Assembly (NCBI GenBank): GCA_963668025.2
Contig: CAXXTH010000021.1
Span: 50,854 to 114,853 of the forward strand
DNA length: 64,000 nt
Direction: 5' to 3'
Source of the DNA: Candidatus Hydrogenedentota bacterium
Lineage (GTDB): Bacteria; Hydrogenedentota; Hydrogenedentia; Hydrogenedentales; SLHB01
Shown here: one piece after another, positions 1 through 9,979 of the stretch
Layout of the letters: every line of letters begins with the position of its first letter
How positions within the stretch are numbered: the stretch's first letter is position 1
Notes under the pieces: model-generated
Told to the model about the DNA's origin: nothing
The model's database searches: none
Seen by the model: only the letters and a program-made list of their open reading frames with translations
Made by a program: the position numbers and the translations under genes

Positions 1-1
1 G

Positions 2-952
2 GCGAACAGCGAATACGATATCCCGATGCCCCTGCACGACCGGATGGAGATCGTGCGCCTATCCGGCTACACGGCCTTCGAGAAAGAGCAAATCGCCAAG
101 GGATTCCTTGTCCCGAAGCAGATGAAAGAGGCCGGGCTCACCAATAAAATGCTCTCGTTCAAGCCGGATGGCCTCGACCGCCTAATCCAGCGCTATACGC
201 GCGAGGCGGGCGTGCGCGAGCTTGAACGCCAAATCGCCCATGTTTGCCGCAAGGCCGCCCGGCGAATCCTCGAACGCAAGCAAAAGGGCGCGATTGTCAT
301 CAACGCCGAAATGGCGAGTGAATTGCTCGGGCCGGAAGAATACTCGGATATGCGCGCCGATGAGAACCCCCAGATTGGCCTAGCGGTCGGTTTGGCGTGG
401 ACATGGGCGGGCGGCGATATCTTGAATATCGAGACAAGCATCATGAAAGGCAAAGGCGAGCTGACGTTGACGGGCCAGCTAGGCGATGTCATGAAAGAAT
501 CCGCCCAAGCCGCCCATACCTATTTGCGCGCCCATATGACCGAGTTGCACCTGCCCCCGCGTTTTTATCAGATGCTCGATGTGCATGTCCATCTGCCGGA
601 AGGCTCGATTCCAAAAGACGGCCCTTCGGCGGGCGTGGCCCTTGCCGTAAGCATGCTTTCCGCTCTCCGCCAAATGCCTCCCCGGGCAGGCTTGGCCATG
701 ACAGGCGAATTGACCCTTCGCGGCCGCGTATTACCCGTGGGGGCCATCAAGGAAAAAGTCCTCGCGGCCCATCGCGCTGGCATCCGGATGGTCATTTTGC
801 CCAAGGAGAATGAAAAAGATCTCCATGAAGTGCCGGACGAAGTTAAAAAGGAGCTAGACATTAAACTGGTGAGTTCCGTGGATGAAGTATTTGCTTTGGC
901 ATTTCCCCGCCCGCGTTCGCCGCGTAAGAAAACGGCAAGGGGCCGCAAATGA
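2..952 (+). CDS. lon: ATP-dependent Lon protease, C-terminal part (5' end outside window)
   Basis: Motifs IPMPLHDRME, YTREAGVRELER, PKDGPSAG (catalytic Ser), AMTGE and IKEK. The frame is open from the window start. Confidence 0.97.
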   Translation, partial: ANSEYDIPMPLHDRMEIVRLSGYTAFEKEQIAKGFLVPKQMKEAGLTNKMLSFKPDGLDRLIQRYTREAGVRELERQIAHVCRKAARRILERKQKGAIVINAEMASELLGPEEYSDMRADENPQIGLAVGLAWTWAGGDILNIETSIMKGKGELTLTGQLGDVMKESAQAAHTYLRAHMTELHLPPRFYQMLDVHVHLPEGSIPKDGPSAGVALAVSMLSALRQMPPRAGLAMTGELTLRGRVLPVGAIKEKVLAAHRAGIRMVILPKENEKDLHEVPDEVKKELDIKLVSSVDEVFALAFPRPRSPRKKTARGRK

Positions 953-1530
953 GGGCTGTATCCGCGCGTTTTGTGAAGAGCGCTATGCTCCCGCAAGATT
1001 TCCCGCGAGAAGGCTATCCCGAGATCGCCTTCGCGGGGCGCAGCAATGTAGGCAAATCTTCATTGCTGAATAGCTTGCTCGGGCGCAAAGGCCTCGCAAA
1101 AACGAGCAAGACGCCCGGTAAAACGCGCACGGTGAATTTTTTCGCCGTGAATGAACGGTTCTATTTTGTCGATTTGCCCGGCTACGGCTACGCCCGTGTC
1201 GCCCGTTCGCTCAAGGAAACATGGGGGCGCATGATTACATCCTATGTGGCGGAGCGTGAAGCGTTGCGCCTGGTGGTGCAATTAATCGACGCACGCCATC
1301 CGCCTACGCCCAATGATCACGAATTGCTCGCACTGCTCGATGAAGCCCGTGTGCCGACGCTTTTGGTGGCGACCAAATTCGACAAACTGAAGCAATCGGA
1401 ACGCCATCATACGCTCAAGGTGATCCAGAAAGAATTGGAACTAGATGAAGAAGCAGCCTTGATTCCTTGCTCGTCGGTTACCGGCGAAGGCATCAAGGAA
1501 TTGTGGAGCTTCATCGAGGATCAACTCTAG
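949..1530 (+). CDS. engB: Ribosome biogenesis GTPase YihA/EngB
   Basis: GRSNVGKSS, KTPGKT, DLPGYG, TKFD; ATGA overlap with lon, the usual lon-engB synteny. Confidence 0.96.
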   Translation: MRAVSARFVKSAMLPQDFPREGYPEIAFAGRSNVGKSSLLNSLLGRKGLAKTSKTPGKTRTVNFFAVNERFYFVDLPGYGYARVARSLKETWGRMITSYVAEREALRLVVQLIDARHPPTPNDHELLALLDEARVPTLLVATKFDKLKQSERHHTLKVIQKELELDEEAALIPCSSVTGEGIKELWSFIEDQL

Positions 1531-1958
1531 GCAGCCTTTTTTGTAGTGGAAACGCTACAATCCCTGCTCGATCCATCACCCGAAAGGAAATAAGGCCGGA
1601 GCAGAAAAAAGGGGCAATGTTTCCGAAATATTTGGCGGAATGCGTTGTATAGTATTCAACATACTACCACTAAGGAGGCGCGTCAAAATAACTTGACTAT
1701 TTTTTCGCATTCAACGCAATTTTCATGGCGATAGGAATTACCGCTTCCTTTCCGAGTGGTGGGAGAAAATCGGTAAGTTATTTTGACGCGACTCTTAAGC
1801 CAATCCCGTGAAAGCGTGAATCTTGCTTGCTCGATGGTAGGTATATTGTAGCTCTTAGTGGTATGCAAATAGATAATTCGTAATTTTTTTGACAATGCGG
1901 TTCTTAAGCGCGGGTAGGAACAATGCCAGTTACCCGGAAATACGGATGGCATTGTTGT

Positions 1959-1987
1959 TTGACATGAAAATCCGCGCGACGTACCAT
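1959..1987 (+). promoter_or_regulatory. Putative sigma70 promoter for the lpxA operon
   Basis: TTGACA (1959-1964), 17-nt spacer, TACCAT (1982-1987). Confidence 0.55.
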
Positions 1988-2050
1988 ACTGGCGTTTGCT
2001 GGGCGTTATGCTGCTCGAGAGGTGGGCGCGGCGTGACGGGAGTGGGAAGC

Positions 2051-2082
2051 GCCCCCTTAGTCAGCAAGAGGGGGCTTTTTTT
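2051..2082 (+). terminator. Intrinsic-terminator-like hairpin in the lpxA leader
   Basis: GCCCCCT...AGGGGGC stem ending in a T7 tract that stops 17 nt before the lpxA ATG. Confidence 0.55.
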
Positions 2083-2099
2083 CTGAGGTCGGATTCTAA

Positions 2100-2888
2100 A
2101 TGAATATTCATCCAAGCGCGATCGTGCATCCAGACGCTGAATTGGCGGAGGGTGTGGAAATCCAGCCGTATTCGATCATCGGACCCCATGTCCGCATTGG
2201 CCGAGGCACTCGAGTGGGCCCCCATTGCGTAATCGATGGGCGCACGGAAATCGGTGAGAACAACGAATTTTTTAGTGGCGCCCAGATAGGCATTCTTTCC
2301 CAAGACAAGAAACACAAGCTAGGGCTCATTGGCCGGACGGCCATCGGCAACGGCAACCAGTTCCGGGAGCATGTCACCATCAGCGCAAGCACCATGGAGA
2401 GCTTCGATGATGACCACCGGGTCACCTCGATAGGCGATGACTGCTTGCTTATGGCGTATTGCCATGTCGCCCATGACTGCCATTTAGGTAATACCATTGT
2501 CATGGCGAGCGGCGCGATGATCTCGGGCCATGTGGATGTGGAAGACTACGCCATTTTGAGCGGCAAGTGCGGCATCCATCAGGAATGCGTCATTGGCAAG
2601 TTCGCCTTTGTAGGCGGCATGACGCGCGTGGTGAAGGATGTGCCTCCGTTCTTGCTCGTCGAGGGCAATCCCGCGCGCTGTTGCGGCCCGAATTCCGTGG
2701 GACTGCGCCGTGCGGGCTTTACGCAGGAAGCCCGTGGCCGCATTAAAGAAATGTACCGCATTGTGTACCGCTCGGGCCTGAACACGACGCAAGCGTTGCA
2801 CGAAATCGAGGCGCGTGTGTTGGAAAGTGAAGAGCGGACCCATTTTGTCGAGTTTATCCGCAAATCGATTCGGGGTATTACGCAGTAA
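2100..2888 (+). CDS. lpxA: Acyl-ACP--UDP-GlcNAc O-acyltransferase
   Basis: Hexapeptide repeats, IHPSAIV start, HVAHDC catalytic His, KDVPP, NSVGLRRAGF. Confidence 0.95.
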   Translation: MNIHPSAIVHPDAELAEGVEIQPYSIIGPHVRIGRGTRVGPHCVIDGRTEIGENNEFFSGAQIGILSQDKKHKLGLIGRTAIGNGNQFREHVTISASTMESFDDDHRVTSIGDDCLLMAYCHVAHDCHLGNTIVMASGAMISGHVDVEDYAILSGKCGIHQECVIGKFAFVGGMTRVVKDVPPFLLVEGNPARCCGPNSVGLRRAGFTQEARGRIKEMYRIVYRSGLNTTQALHEIEARVLESEERTHFVEFIRKSIRGITQ

Positions 2889-2920
2889 CCTGGCGTGGCG
2901 CCACCAAAGGGAGTTTCATT

Positions 2921-3877
2921 ATGCCGTCCGTTCGGATGGGCGTCATCGGCGTAGGCCATCTCGGCTACCATCATGCCCGGTTATACGCCGCCATTGAAGG
3001 CGCGGAACTCGTAGGCGTTATGGACCCAGACGCCGAACGTGCGCAAGAAGTGGCCAGCGAATTCTGCCCTGGCCGGGGATTCTCGAGCGTGGACGCTCTT
3101 CTTGAAGCGGGCATTGACGCCGCTTCCGTAGCCGCGCCCACGACGGCGCACCCGGAGATGACGCTTCAGTTATTGGATGCCGGCGTGGATGTGCTCGTCG
3201 AAAAGCCTATCGCGGCCACTATAGCCGAGGCGCGTATGATGGTCGAGCGGGCGAACGCCTTGGGCAGGCTGCTGCAAGTGGGGCATATCGAGCGGTTCAA
3301 CGCCGCCGTGATCGCACTGCTTGAGGCTGTTAAGCGCCCGCGATTTATCGAGTGCCACCGCCTGAGCACCTACCCCATGCGCAGCACGGATGTGAGCGTC
3401 GTGCTCGATTTGATGATCCATGACCTTGAGATCCTGAGGGCGATTGAGAAATCCCCCGTCGCCTCGCTGGATGCGGCGGGAGTGGCGGTGTTTTCCGAAA
3501 CGGAAGATATCGCCAACGCGCGCATCCGGTTTGAATCAGGCTGCGTCGCCAATATCACCTCGAGCCGCGTCTCCATGGATAAAATGCGTAAAATCCGTAT
3601 CTTCGAGGAAGACGCCTATGTGTCCACGGATTATAGCGAGCAGGAAGTGCGGGTGTTTCGTAAAAAGAGCGGTCCTCTTCATCCCGGCGCACTGCCCATG
3701 GACCGTATCAGCGTCGATACGCTGCCTGTCGAACGGGTCGAGCCGTTAAGGCTTGAGCTCGAGTCATTCGTTTCTTGTGTGCGGGAACGCAAGCGCCCCG
3801 TCGTAGACGGAGAAGATGCGCTTGCCGCACTGGTGTTGGCCCAGCAAATCTTAGATTTTATCCATGCGCATGCATGA
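2921..3877 (+). CDS. Gfo/Idh/MocA oxidoreductase (GnnA-like)
   Basis: GVIGVGHLG, VEKP, VGHIERFN, DLMIHD; lies between lpxA and lpxB. Confidence 0.88.
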   Translation: MPSVRMGVIGVGHLGYHHARLYAAIEGAELVGVMDPDAERAQEVASEFCPGRGFSSVDALLEAGIDAASVAAPTTAHPEMTLQLLDAGVDVLVEKPIAATIAEARMMVERANALGRLLQVGHIERFNAAVIALLEAVKRPRFIECHRLSTYPMRSTDVSVVLDLMIHDLEILRAIEKSPVASLDAAGVAVFSETEDIANARIRFESGCVANITSSRVSMDKMRKIRIFEEDAYVSTDYSEQEVRVFRKKSGPLHPGALPMDRISVDTLPVERVEPLRLELESFVSCVRERKRPVVDGEDALAALVLAQQILDFIHAHA

Positions 3878-3884
3878 CACTTCC

Positions 3885-3934
3885 CGTGGCATGGCCGTCC
3901 CGGCCATGCGCATGGGCGGGACGCTCATGCCACG
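3885..3934. repeat. REP doublet (REPIN-like), copy 1
   Basis: CGTGGCATGGCCGTCCCGGCCATG-CG-CATGGGCGGGACGCTCATGCCACG. Confidence 0.85.
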
Positions 3935-4057
3935 AAATCCAAATAGGTGAAACGGACAGGGGTGGCATTGTGGAATGAATGAGCGTGAATACATCGTATT
4001 GGTATGCAGGCACTTGCACACATCTCTTTTATCCGGCGCTCAGGGGTAGGTGGCGAA

Positions 4058-5164
4058 TTGCAAATTTTCTTTGTAGCGGGAGAGTCTTCCGGCGACACCC
4101 ACGGCGCGCATTTGGTGAGCGCCTTGCGCGAAGCCTGTCCAGGCCTGGAATGCGAAGGCTTGGGCGGCGTCCAGATGGAAGCGGCAGGGATGAAGCTCCG
4201 CTATGATTTAGCAGGGCGCGCCATCATGGGGTTCACGGAGGTTATCCGTTCCCTTGGTTTTCTCCGCCGTTTGTTTCACGACACCGTCGCGCGCCTAAAG
4301 GAAATGCGCCCCGACTGCCTGGTCTTGATCGATTACCCCGGTTTCAACATCCGCCTTGCCAAGCAGGCCAAAGCTATGGGCATTCCGGTTGTGTATTATA
4401 TTAGCCCGCAGATTTGGGCGTGGAAGAAAGGGCGCATTCACACGCTGGCGGCGGTGGTCGAGAAGATGCTCGTGATTTTGCCGTTCGAGCAGGCGCTCTA
4501 TCAGAAAGTGGGCGTCGATTGCACCTATGTAGGCCATCCCCTGTTTGATCACCTGCCATCCGTCCCACGGAGCGGGCGCTTGCGTGGCGGCATGGTCATC
4601 GGCTTGCTTCCAGGCAGCCGGGAACAGGAGATCGCACGCATTTTACCCTTGCTGCTGGAGGTGGCGGCGGGTATTGCCAAACAGCACCCTGATGCCCGGT
4701 TTATCGCGCCGTGCGTCGATGCCACTCGGGAAGCGCAAATCAAGGCCATCGCGGCCGATTTTCCCGTCGAGACCTGTATTGGCGGCGCGTATGATGTCCT
4801 GGACGCCGCCCGTTTCTGCTTGGTGGCCAGCGGCACGGCGACCCTCGAGACCTGCCTGTTCGGTGTTCCGATGGTGATTGTGTACCGCATTTCGCCGCTG
4901 AGTTACTGGCTTGCCCGCATGCTGGTGGATATTAAATACATCGGTATCGTGAATATCCTGGCGGGCAAATGTATTGTCCCCGAATTTGTACAGCATGGCG
5001 CATGCGTCCAAAACGTGCTGCCCGCCGCGCTCGAGTTGATCGAGGAAACCCCCGCCCGGGCGCATATGCTCGATGAATTGGCAATGGTCAAGGCATCCCT
5101 GGGCGGGCCAGGCGCATCGGCCCGCGCGTCGGCGGAAGTGCTGAAGGTTATACAAGAAAGCTGA
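4058..5164 (+). CDS. lpxB: Lipid-A-disaccharide synthase
   Basis: VAGESSGD, IDYPGFN, SPQIWAW, VGHP, LLPGSR, SGTATLE; TTG start chosen by homology. Confidence 0.95.
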   Translation: MQIFFVAGESSGDTHGAHLVSALREACPGLECEGLGGVQMEAAGMKLRYDLAGRAIMGFTEVIRSLGFLRRLFHDTVARLKEMRPDCLVLIDYPGFNIRLAKQAKAMGIPVVYYISPQIWAWKKGRIHTLAAVVEKMLVILPFEQALYQKVGVDCTYVGHPLFDHLPSVPRSGRLRGGMVIGLLPGSREQEIARILPLLLEVAAGIAKQHPDARFIAPCVDATREAQIKAIAADFPVETCIGGAYDVLDAARFCLVASGTATLETCLFGVPMVIVYRISPLSYWLARMLVDIKYIGIVNILAGKCIVPEFVQHGACVQNVLPAALELIEETPARAHMLDELAMVKASLGGPGASARASAEVLKVIQES

Positions 5165-5181
5165 CAGGCGCTACTATTCTT

Positions 5182-5229
5182 GTGGCATGGCCGTCCCGGC
5201 CATGTGCATGGGCAGGACGCCCATGCCAC
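5182..5229. repeat. REP doublet, copy 2
   Basis: GTGGCATGGCCGTCCCGGCCATG-TG-CATGGGCAGGACGCCCATGCCAC. Confidence 0.85.
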
Positions 5230-5297
5230 TCTAGTCTTGCCTCCTATCCGGCGAATTAAGCAGTTCGCACTGATGGCCGCCCGCATGGCACAATGGA

Positions 5298-8200
5298 ATG
5301 ATGAAACAGCTTAGAATCTATCTATTAATAACTGTCGCGGCGCTGTGTTCGCCTTTGCCAGGCGCTGCCCAAACACCTGACGATCCCGTGGAATTATGGC
5401 GGCATGCCACCATCTACCGCGACGAATGGGGCGCGCCGCATGTGTACGGCGAAACCGTGCGCGCCATGGCGTTCGCCTTCGGCTACGCCCAGGCGCAAGA
5501 CCATTTACGCGAGATGCTGCTGGCGTACCGCATGGCCGATGGCCGGCTCGCGGAGGCGTTGGGGCCGGAACAAGCGCCTTCTGATGAATTCGCGCTGCGC
5601 ATGGGCCATGCCGAATTGGCCGCGAAAGCCTACGCCAGCGCCGATCCCGTGACACGCGATCTTTGCGAAGGTTTCGCGGTGGGCGTCAATGCCTATTTGG
5701 TGGAGCATCAAGAACAAGCCCCGGAATGGGCGGACGGCATGAAGCCTGAAGATATTCTGGCGTTGATGCATTGTTATCTCATGTCATTTGCCCCCTTCGA
5801 TCTGCCAGACGCCTACCACCGCCCGCCTGCCGCCCGGTCGGCCAATACCTGGGCCATCGCACCCCAGCATACCCCGGACGGCAAGGCGCTGCTGGTCATC
5901 AATCCGCATACGGACTATTTCGGGCTGTTTCAATGGTATGAAGCGCACTTGTCCGCGCCAGGATATGAGATATCGGGGGCTACGCTCTTCGGTCTTCCCG
6001 TGATTCTTCAAGGATATAACAATGTGCTGGGCTGGGGGCTCTCCCCCAATGCGCCCGATACCGCCGATGTATACATGGAAACACCGCCACAACTGCAAGT
6101 GGACCCGAAATCGTTGTCGCCGGAGAATATGGACCAGGTCTTGGCGGTGCAGCTTGCCAACATCCCCGAATCCAAGATCTATTATGTAAGCGGCGCGGAA
6201 GGGCTTCAAAAACGCTCGGTCTCCTACCGGATTAATCCGCGCGGCCCCGTGGTGGCGTGGGTGAACGGCAAGGCCCAAACGCTTCGGGCTGGGGGCTATC
6301 GGGAATTCGGCGCTATCAAGCAATTCTACGAAATGGGGGCCGCCCAGGGGCTTGATGCATTCCAACAGGCTATGGCCATGCAGCAAATCCCCTGTTTCCA
6401 TGTGGTGTACGCCGACCGCGACGGCAATATCTATTATCTGTATAACGCCTTGGTGGGAATCAAGGATACTTCGAATCCCCAGCCTGTACAGGAAGGGGCC
6501 CATCCCACCGAGCCCATCATCATCCGTGACTGGACCAAGCCCGTACCCGGTGGGGATCCTGATTTTGACTGGCATGGCATGCTCCCATTCGCCCAACTCC
6601 CATCGTTGTTGAATCCGCCCGCGGGGTATGTCCAGGCCTGTGGCGCGCCGCCATGGCAGGTATCGCCCGGAGCGCCCCTCGACCTCAGCCAATGGCCTTC
6701 ATCCATTGGCGAAGAACCGGACACCTTTCGCGCACGCCGCGTGCGCCAGCTTTTAGGATTCGGCGCACGGTCATTCACCGATATGCAGTCCATGGTATTC
6801 GATGTCGTGGCCCCCTTTGCGCTCGATGCCGTGCCGCATTTGCTCGATATCGCCGAACAGCACCCGGACTGGGTTTCATCCGGGCACCCGGATCTGCCAG
6901 TCGGACTTGATGTGCTCCGCAATTGGAATAAGGTGGCCGAGCCCAATAGCCCCGGCATGACGTTCTTCCATCTGTGGTGGGCGGCATATAAAAAGCTTGC
7001 GCCCGGGATTTCCGATGATACGGTGCTGGGCAACGCCTTCCTCGCGGACCAGCAAAACCCGCTTTTAGCCATCCAAGCCGCGTCGCAGGCGTCGTTGCTC
7101 TTGCGCAATGAATACCAATCGCTCACGGTGGCCTGGGGCGATGTCCATGTCGCCCAGCGGGGAGGGCAAATTGTGCCGGTGGCGGGCGCATCGAGTGGCC
7201 AGCCCATTTTTGTGTCGTCCGATGACACCTTCAAATCCAGCCGGTGGTTCGCCACGTATGGTTACGCGTATGCCAGCGTGGTCCAGTTTGGAGATCAGCC
7301 ACACGCCGTGAGCATGGTTCCTTTTGGCGCATCCGAAGACCCGGAGTCGCCGCACTATGCCGATCAACTGCCTTTCCTCGTTGAACGCCGGTTCAAGCCG
7401 GTGTATACGGCTGAAATGGATGTGTTGCAACATGCCCGGAGCGCGTTTGGGCGGGTGCTGCAATTGCGCGCCGCAGGCGTGCCGGGACGGTTCCTCGTGC
7501 GTGCGGAGGACTCCGTGGAGGCTTCGATTAGCGTGTCGGCCCAGCCGCCCGCGCCGATTCCCGAAAGCCTTGCGCCTTATTCCTTATTTATACGGGCGGA
7601 GCAGAAGCCTGCTGATGTGGCCGCGTCCATTGATATTGAATTGTCCGTGCCGCCGGAAGCGTGTCCGGAAGAGGCCTTTTCCCGCCTCATGGTATACGGA
7701 TATGAATCTGGCGCTGGATGGCAGCCGCTTCAGAACCAGCGGGCCAATCCGCAAAACCGCAGCCTCGTAGCCAAAGATCGCGGCCTGCGTACATACGCCG
7801 TTTTAGGCCCATCGGCGTCTGCGCCCGCGCTGGCCGCTCCACGCGCGGGAAACGCGGCGGCTCTGGCGAAACGCTTGGTGCCTGGCCAGCCGCTGGTTCC
7901 CAACACGGCAGAGCCGGAGAATGCCGCGCCTGTGCCAGGTGAGGAAGCGCCCCCGCAACCATCAACAGCCCAGCCGCCTGTTCCCGCAGCTCCGGCTATA
8001 CCCGGCGCTACCTCACCGGATGCCGTTCCCGAGGCGCCCGGTGCTCCAGTGGCTCCAGCCGAGACTGCCGTTCCAGGTGCTCCTGCGGCTGCTGAAGCAG
8101 CTACACCGGATGCGGGGGAATCCGCCATTCCCAAAACAGATAACAAGGTGGCGGTTGCATGGGGCAGGAGCCTTGAATTGCGTCCTGCCGGTGAAGGCAG

Positions 8201-8555
8201 CCGCATCCAGATCATTGCAGAGAAAAACATGGGCGCACGGCTCGCACGCCTCGATACGCCGCCCGGAACTCTTCCGGAGGGAATGGCGGTCATTGGCGGA
8301 ATAGCGGAGTTGGAATGCACCTCGCCAAGTGATGTTTCACAAGTGAACGTGTCGCTGGCCATACCGCCCGGCGCATGCCCGAAAGAGCAATATGGCAGCC
8401 TGAAGTTATACGCTTACAGCACGGATTCGGGGTGGGTGGAATTGCCAGGCCAGGAATGCGATGCGGAGGCGGGCATTTTGCGCGTGACCGATACCGCGCC
8501 GAAAACATACGCTATATTGGGTCCATCATCTTTGGCGGGCGCTCCCACGGAATAA
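5298..8555 (+). CDS. Secreted penicillin acylase (Ntn-hydrolase) family protein with a duplicated C-terminal domain and Pro/Ala linker
   Basis: Signal peptide, IYRDEWGAPHVYG, FGYAQAQD, NPH, WYEAHL, YADRDGNI, SPHYADQ; two similar ~125-aa C-terminal domains. Confidence 0.88.
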   Translation: MMKQLRIYLLITVAALCSPLPGAAQTPDDPVELWRHATIYRDEWGAPHVYGETVRAMAFAFGYAQAQDHLREMLLAYRMADGRLAEALGPEQAPSDEFALRMGHAELAAKAYASADPVTRDLCEGFAVGVNAYLVEHQEQAPEWADGMKPEDILALMHCYLMSFAPFDLPDAYHRPPAARSANTWAIAPQHTPDGKALLVINPHTDYFGLFQWYEAHLSAPGYEISGATLFGLPVILQGYNNVLGWGLSPNAPDTADVYMETPPQLQVDPKSLSPENMDQVLAVQLANIPESKIYYVSGAEGLQKRSVSYRINPRGPVVAWVNGKAQTLRAGGYREFGAIKQFYEMGAAQGLDAFQQAMAMQQIPCFHVVYADRDGNIYYLYNALVGIKDTSNPQPVQEGAHPTEPIIIRDWTKPVPGGDPDFDWHGMLPFAQLPSLLNPPAGYVQACGAPPWQVSPGAPLDLSQWPSSIGEEPDTFRARRVRQLLGFGARSFTDMQSMVFDVVAPFALDAVPHLLDIAEQHPDWVSSGHPDLPVGLDVLRNWNKVAEPNSPGMTFFHLWWAAYKKLAPGISDDTVLGNAFLADQQNPLLAIQAASQASLLLRNEYQSLTVAWGDVHVAQRGGQIVPVAGASSGQPIFVSSDDTFKSSRWFATYGYAYASVVQFGDQPHAVSMVPFGASEDPESPHYADQLPFLVERRFKPVYTAEMDVLQHARSAFGRVLQLRAAGVPGRFLVRAEDSVEASISVSAQPPAPIPESLAPYSLFIRAEQKPADVAASIDIELSVPPEACPEEAFSRLMVYGYESGAGWQPLQNQRANPQNRSLVAKDRGLRTYAVLGPSASAPALAAPRAGNAAALAKRLVPGQPLVPNTAEPENAAPVPGEEAPPQPSTAQPPVPAAPAIPGATSPDAVPEAPGAPVAPAETAVPGAPAAAEAATPDAGESAIPKTDNKVAVAWGRSLELRPAGEGSRIQIIAEKNMGARLARLDTPPGTLPEGMAVIGGIAELECTSPSDVSQVNVSLAIPPGACPKEQYGSLKLYAYSTDSGWVELPGQECDAEAGILRVTDTAPKTYAILGPSSLAGAPTE

Positions 8556-8569
8556 AGTATATGCCTATC

Positions 8570-8593
8570 CGTAGCATGGGCGTCCCGCCCATG
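8570..8593. repeat. Single REP (GTAG type)
   Basis: CGTAGCATGGGCGTCCCGCCCATG between convergent genes. Confidence 0.75.
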
Positions 8594-8617
8594 TCCCGGT
8601 CCGGTTCCCGTGTAACG

Positions 8618-9643
8618 TTATAGAATCAGCATCACATCGCCGTAGGAATAAAAGCGAAACTCTTCGCGTACGGCGTACCGGTACGCCTCGATGACGAATT
8701 CCGTGCCTGCGAATGCGCATACCAGGGCGAGCAGGCTCGAACGGGGCACGTGGAAATTCGTCTGGAGCGCGTCCACGCCATGAAAGGCGTATGGCGGGTA
8801 AATGAACCGGTTTGTGGTTCCAGAACCCGCTTGGAATCCGGTTTCTCCTTGGCATTGGGTCTCGAGGACGCGCGTACACGTGGTGCCCACGGCAACGATG
8901 CGGCCGCCATGGGCGCGGGTGTTATTCAGGAGAGTGGCGGTTTCGCCGGACATCTCGAATACTTCCGGCTCGAGCTGGTGCGTCTCGATAGTGTCTTCCA
9001 TCAAAGGCCGGAAGGTGCCGTATCCCACATGCAGCGTCAGGAAGGCCTTGCGGACGCCTTTCTGTTCAATGCCATCAAACACCTGTGGCGTAAAATGCAG
9101 CCCCGCCGTCGGCGCGGCCACGGCCCCTTGCGTTTTTGCATATATGGTTTGATAGCGCTCAGTGTCACGCGCATCGGCGTGTTTGCGATGAATATATGGC
9201 GGCAAAGGCACTTCACCCGCCGCTTCGAGCCGCGCCAGCATATCGGGATGATTAAATTGCACGCGCCGCCGCCCTCCGGGAAGCACATCGGCCATAATGG
9301 CGGATATGCCTTGGGCAAAATGCACCGGCGTTCCGGGCCGCACGCGCGCGGAAGGTTTCGCCAAGGCTTCCCACACCCCCGGCGCTTCTTCCCGAAGCAG
9401 GAACACCTCGATTTCGCCCCCAGTTTCTTTGCGGCCATGCAGCCGCGCGCGAATGACGCGGGTGTCATTGAGGACGATGCAGTCGCCTGTCCGCAAATAC
9501 GACGGCATATTGCGGAATACATCGGCCCGTATCGTGCCGGATGCGCGGTCCAGCACCAGCATGCGCGCCGCATCGCGCGGCTCGCATGGCTCTTGCGCGA
9601 TCAAGCGCTCCGGGAGTTCATAATCAAGTTCAGACGTTCTCAT
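8618..9643 (-). CDS. queA: SAM:tRNA ribosyltransferase-isomerase
   Basis: DYELPERLIAQ, NDTRVI, PLPPYI, AAPTAGLHF, VGTT, TNFH, FYSYGD. Confidence 0.97.
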   Translation of the reverse strand: MRTSELDYELPERLIAQEPCEPRDAARMLVLDRASGTIRADVFRNMPSYLRTGDCIVLNDTRVIRARLHGRKETGGEIEVFLLREEAPGVWEALAKPSARVRPGTPVHFAQGISAIMADVLPGGRRRVQFNHPDMLARLEAAGEVPLPPYIHRKHADARDTERYQTIYAKTQGAVAAPTAGLHFTPQVFDGIEQKGVRKAFLTLHVGYGTFRPLMEDTIETHQLEPEVFEMSGETATLLNNTRAHGGRIVAVGTTCTRVLETQCQGETGFQAGSGTTNRFIYPPYAFHGVDALQTNFHVPRSSLLALVCAFAGTEFVIEAYRYAVREEFRFYSYGDVMLIL

Positions 9644-9833
9644 GGCGGGATACGATATCATCCGCAGGCGGTTTCTGCAATGATACGGCAAGGATAATCA
9701 CACAAAACAATATCCCAAGTTGGCCTCAAGTGGTTTCATACGGTGTAACTGCAACCACGCTCCGGATTTCATACCACGAAATACACGAAATTTAGTAACA
9801 CTTTAGCGGACTGAAGCAAGAGCTGCTTTTTTT

Positions 9834-9979
9834 GACATGATTTACAAGATGGACAAGATTGGACAAGACCGCCAGGGTTATTTGCAGATTTGAAAATTAC
9901 TCTGAAAAGTGTCCGGGCGCATTCTTTTGTGTAGCAAAATTGCCATCAAAAAATCTTGTCTCATCTTGTAAATCATGTC
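9834..9979. repeat. Inverted pair of triple-unit arms (GACATGATTTACAAGATGGACAAGATT)
   Basis: 9834-9860 is a near-perfect reverse complement of 9952-9979; spacer about 90 bp. Confidence 0.8.

Noticed and set aside
1531-1950. Possible ncRNA or small gene in the engB-lpxA gap
   Set aside because: AT-rich with promoter-like hexamers but no convincing structure or ORF.
8750-9697. Long antisense ORFs (also 28926-29885, 32819-33838, 47662-48864, 61815-62651)
   Set aside because: They are shadows of GC-rich genes on the opposite strand with no recognisable motifs.
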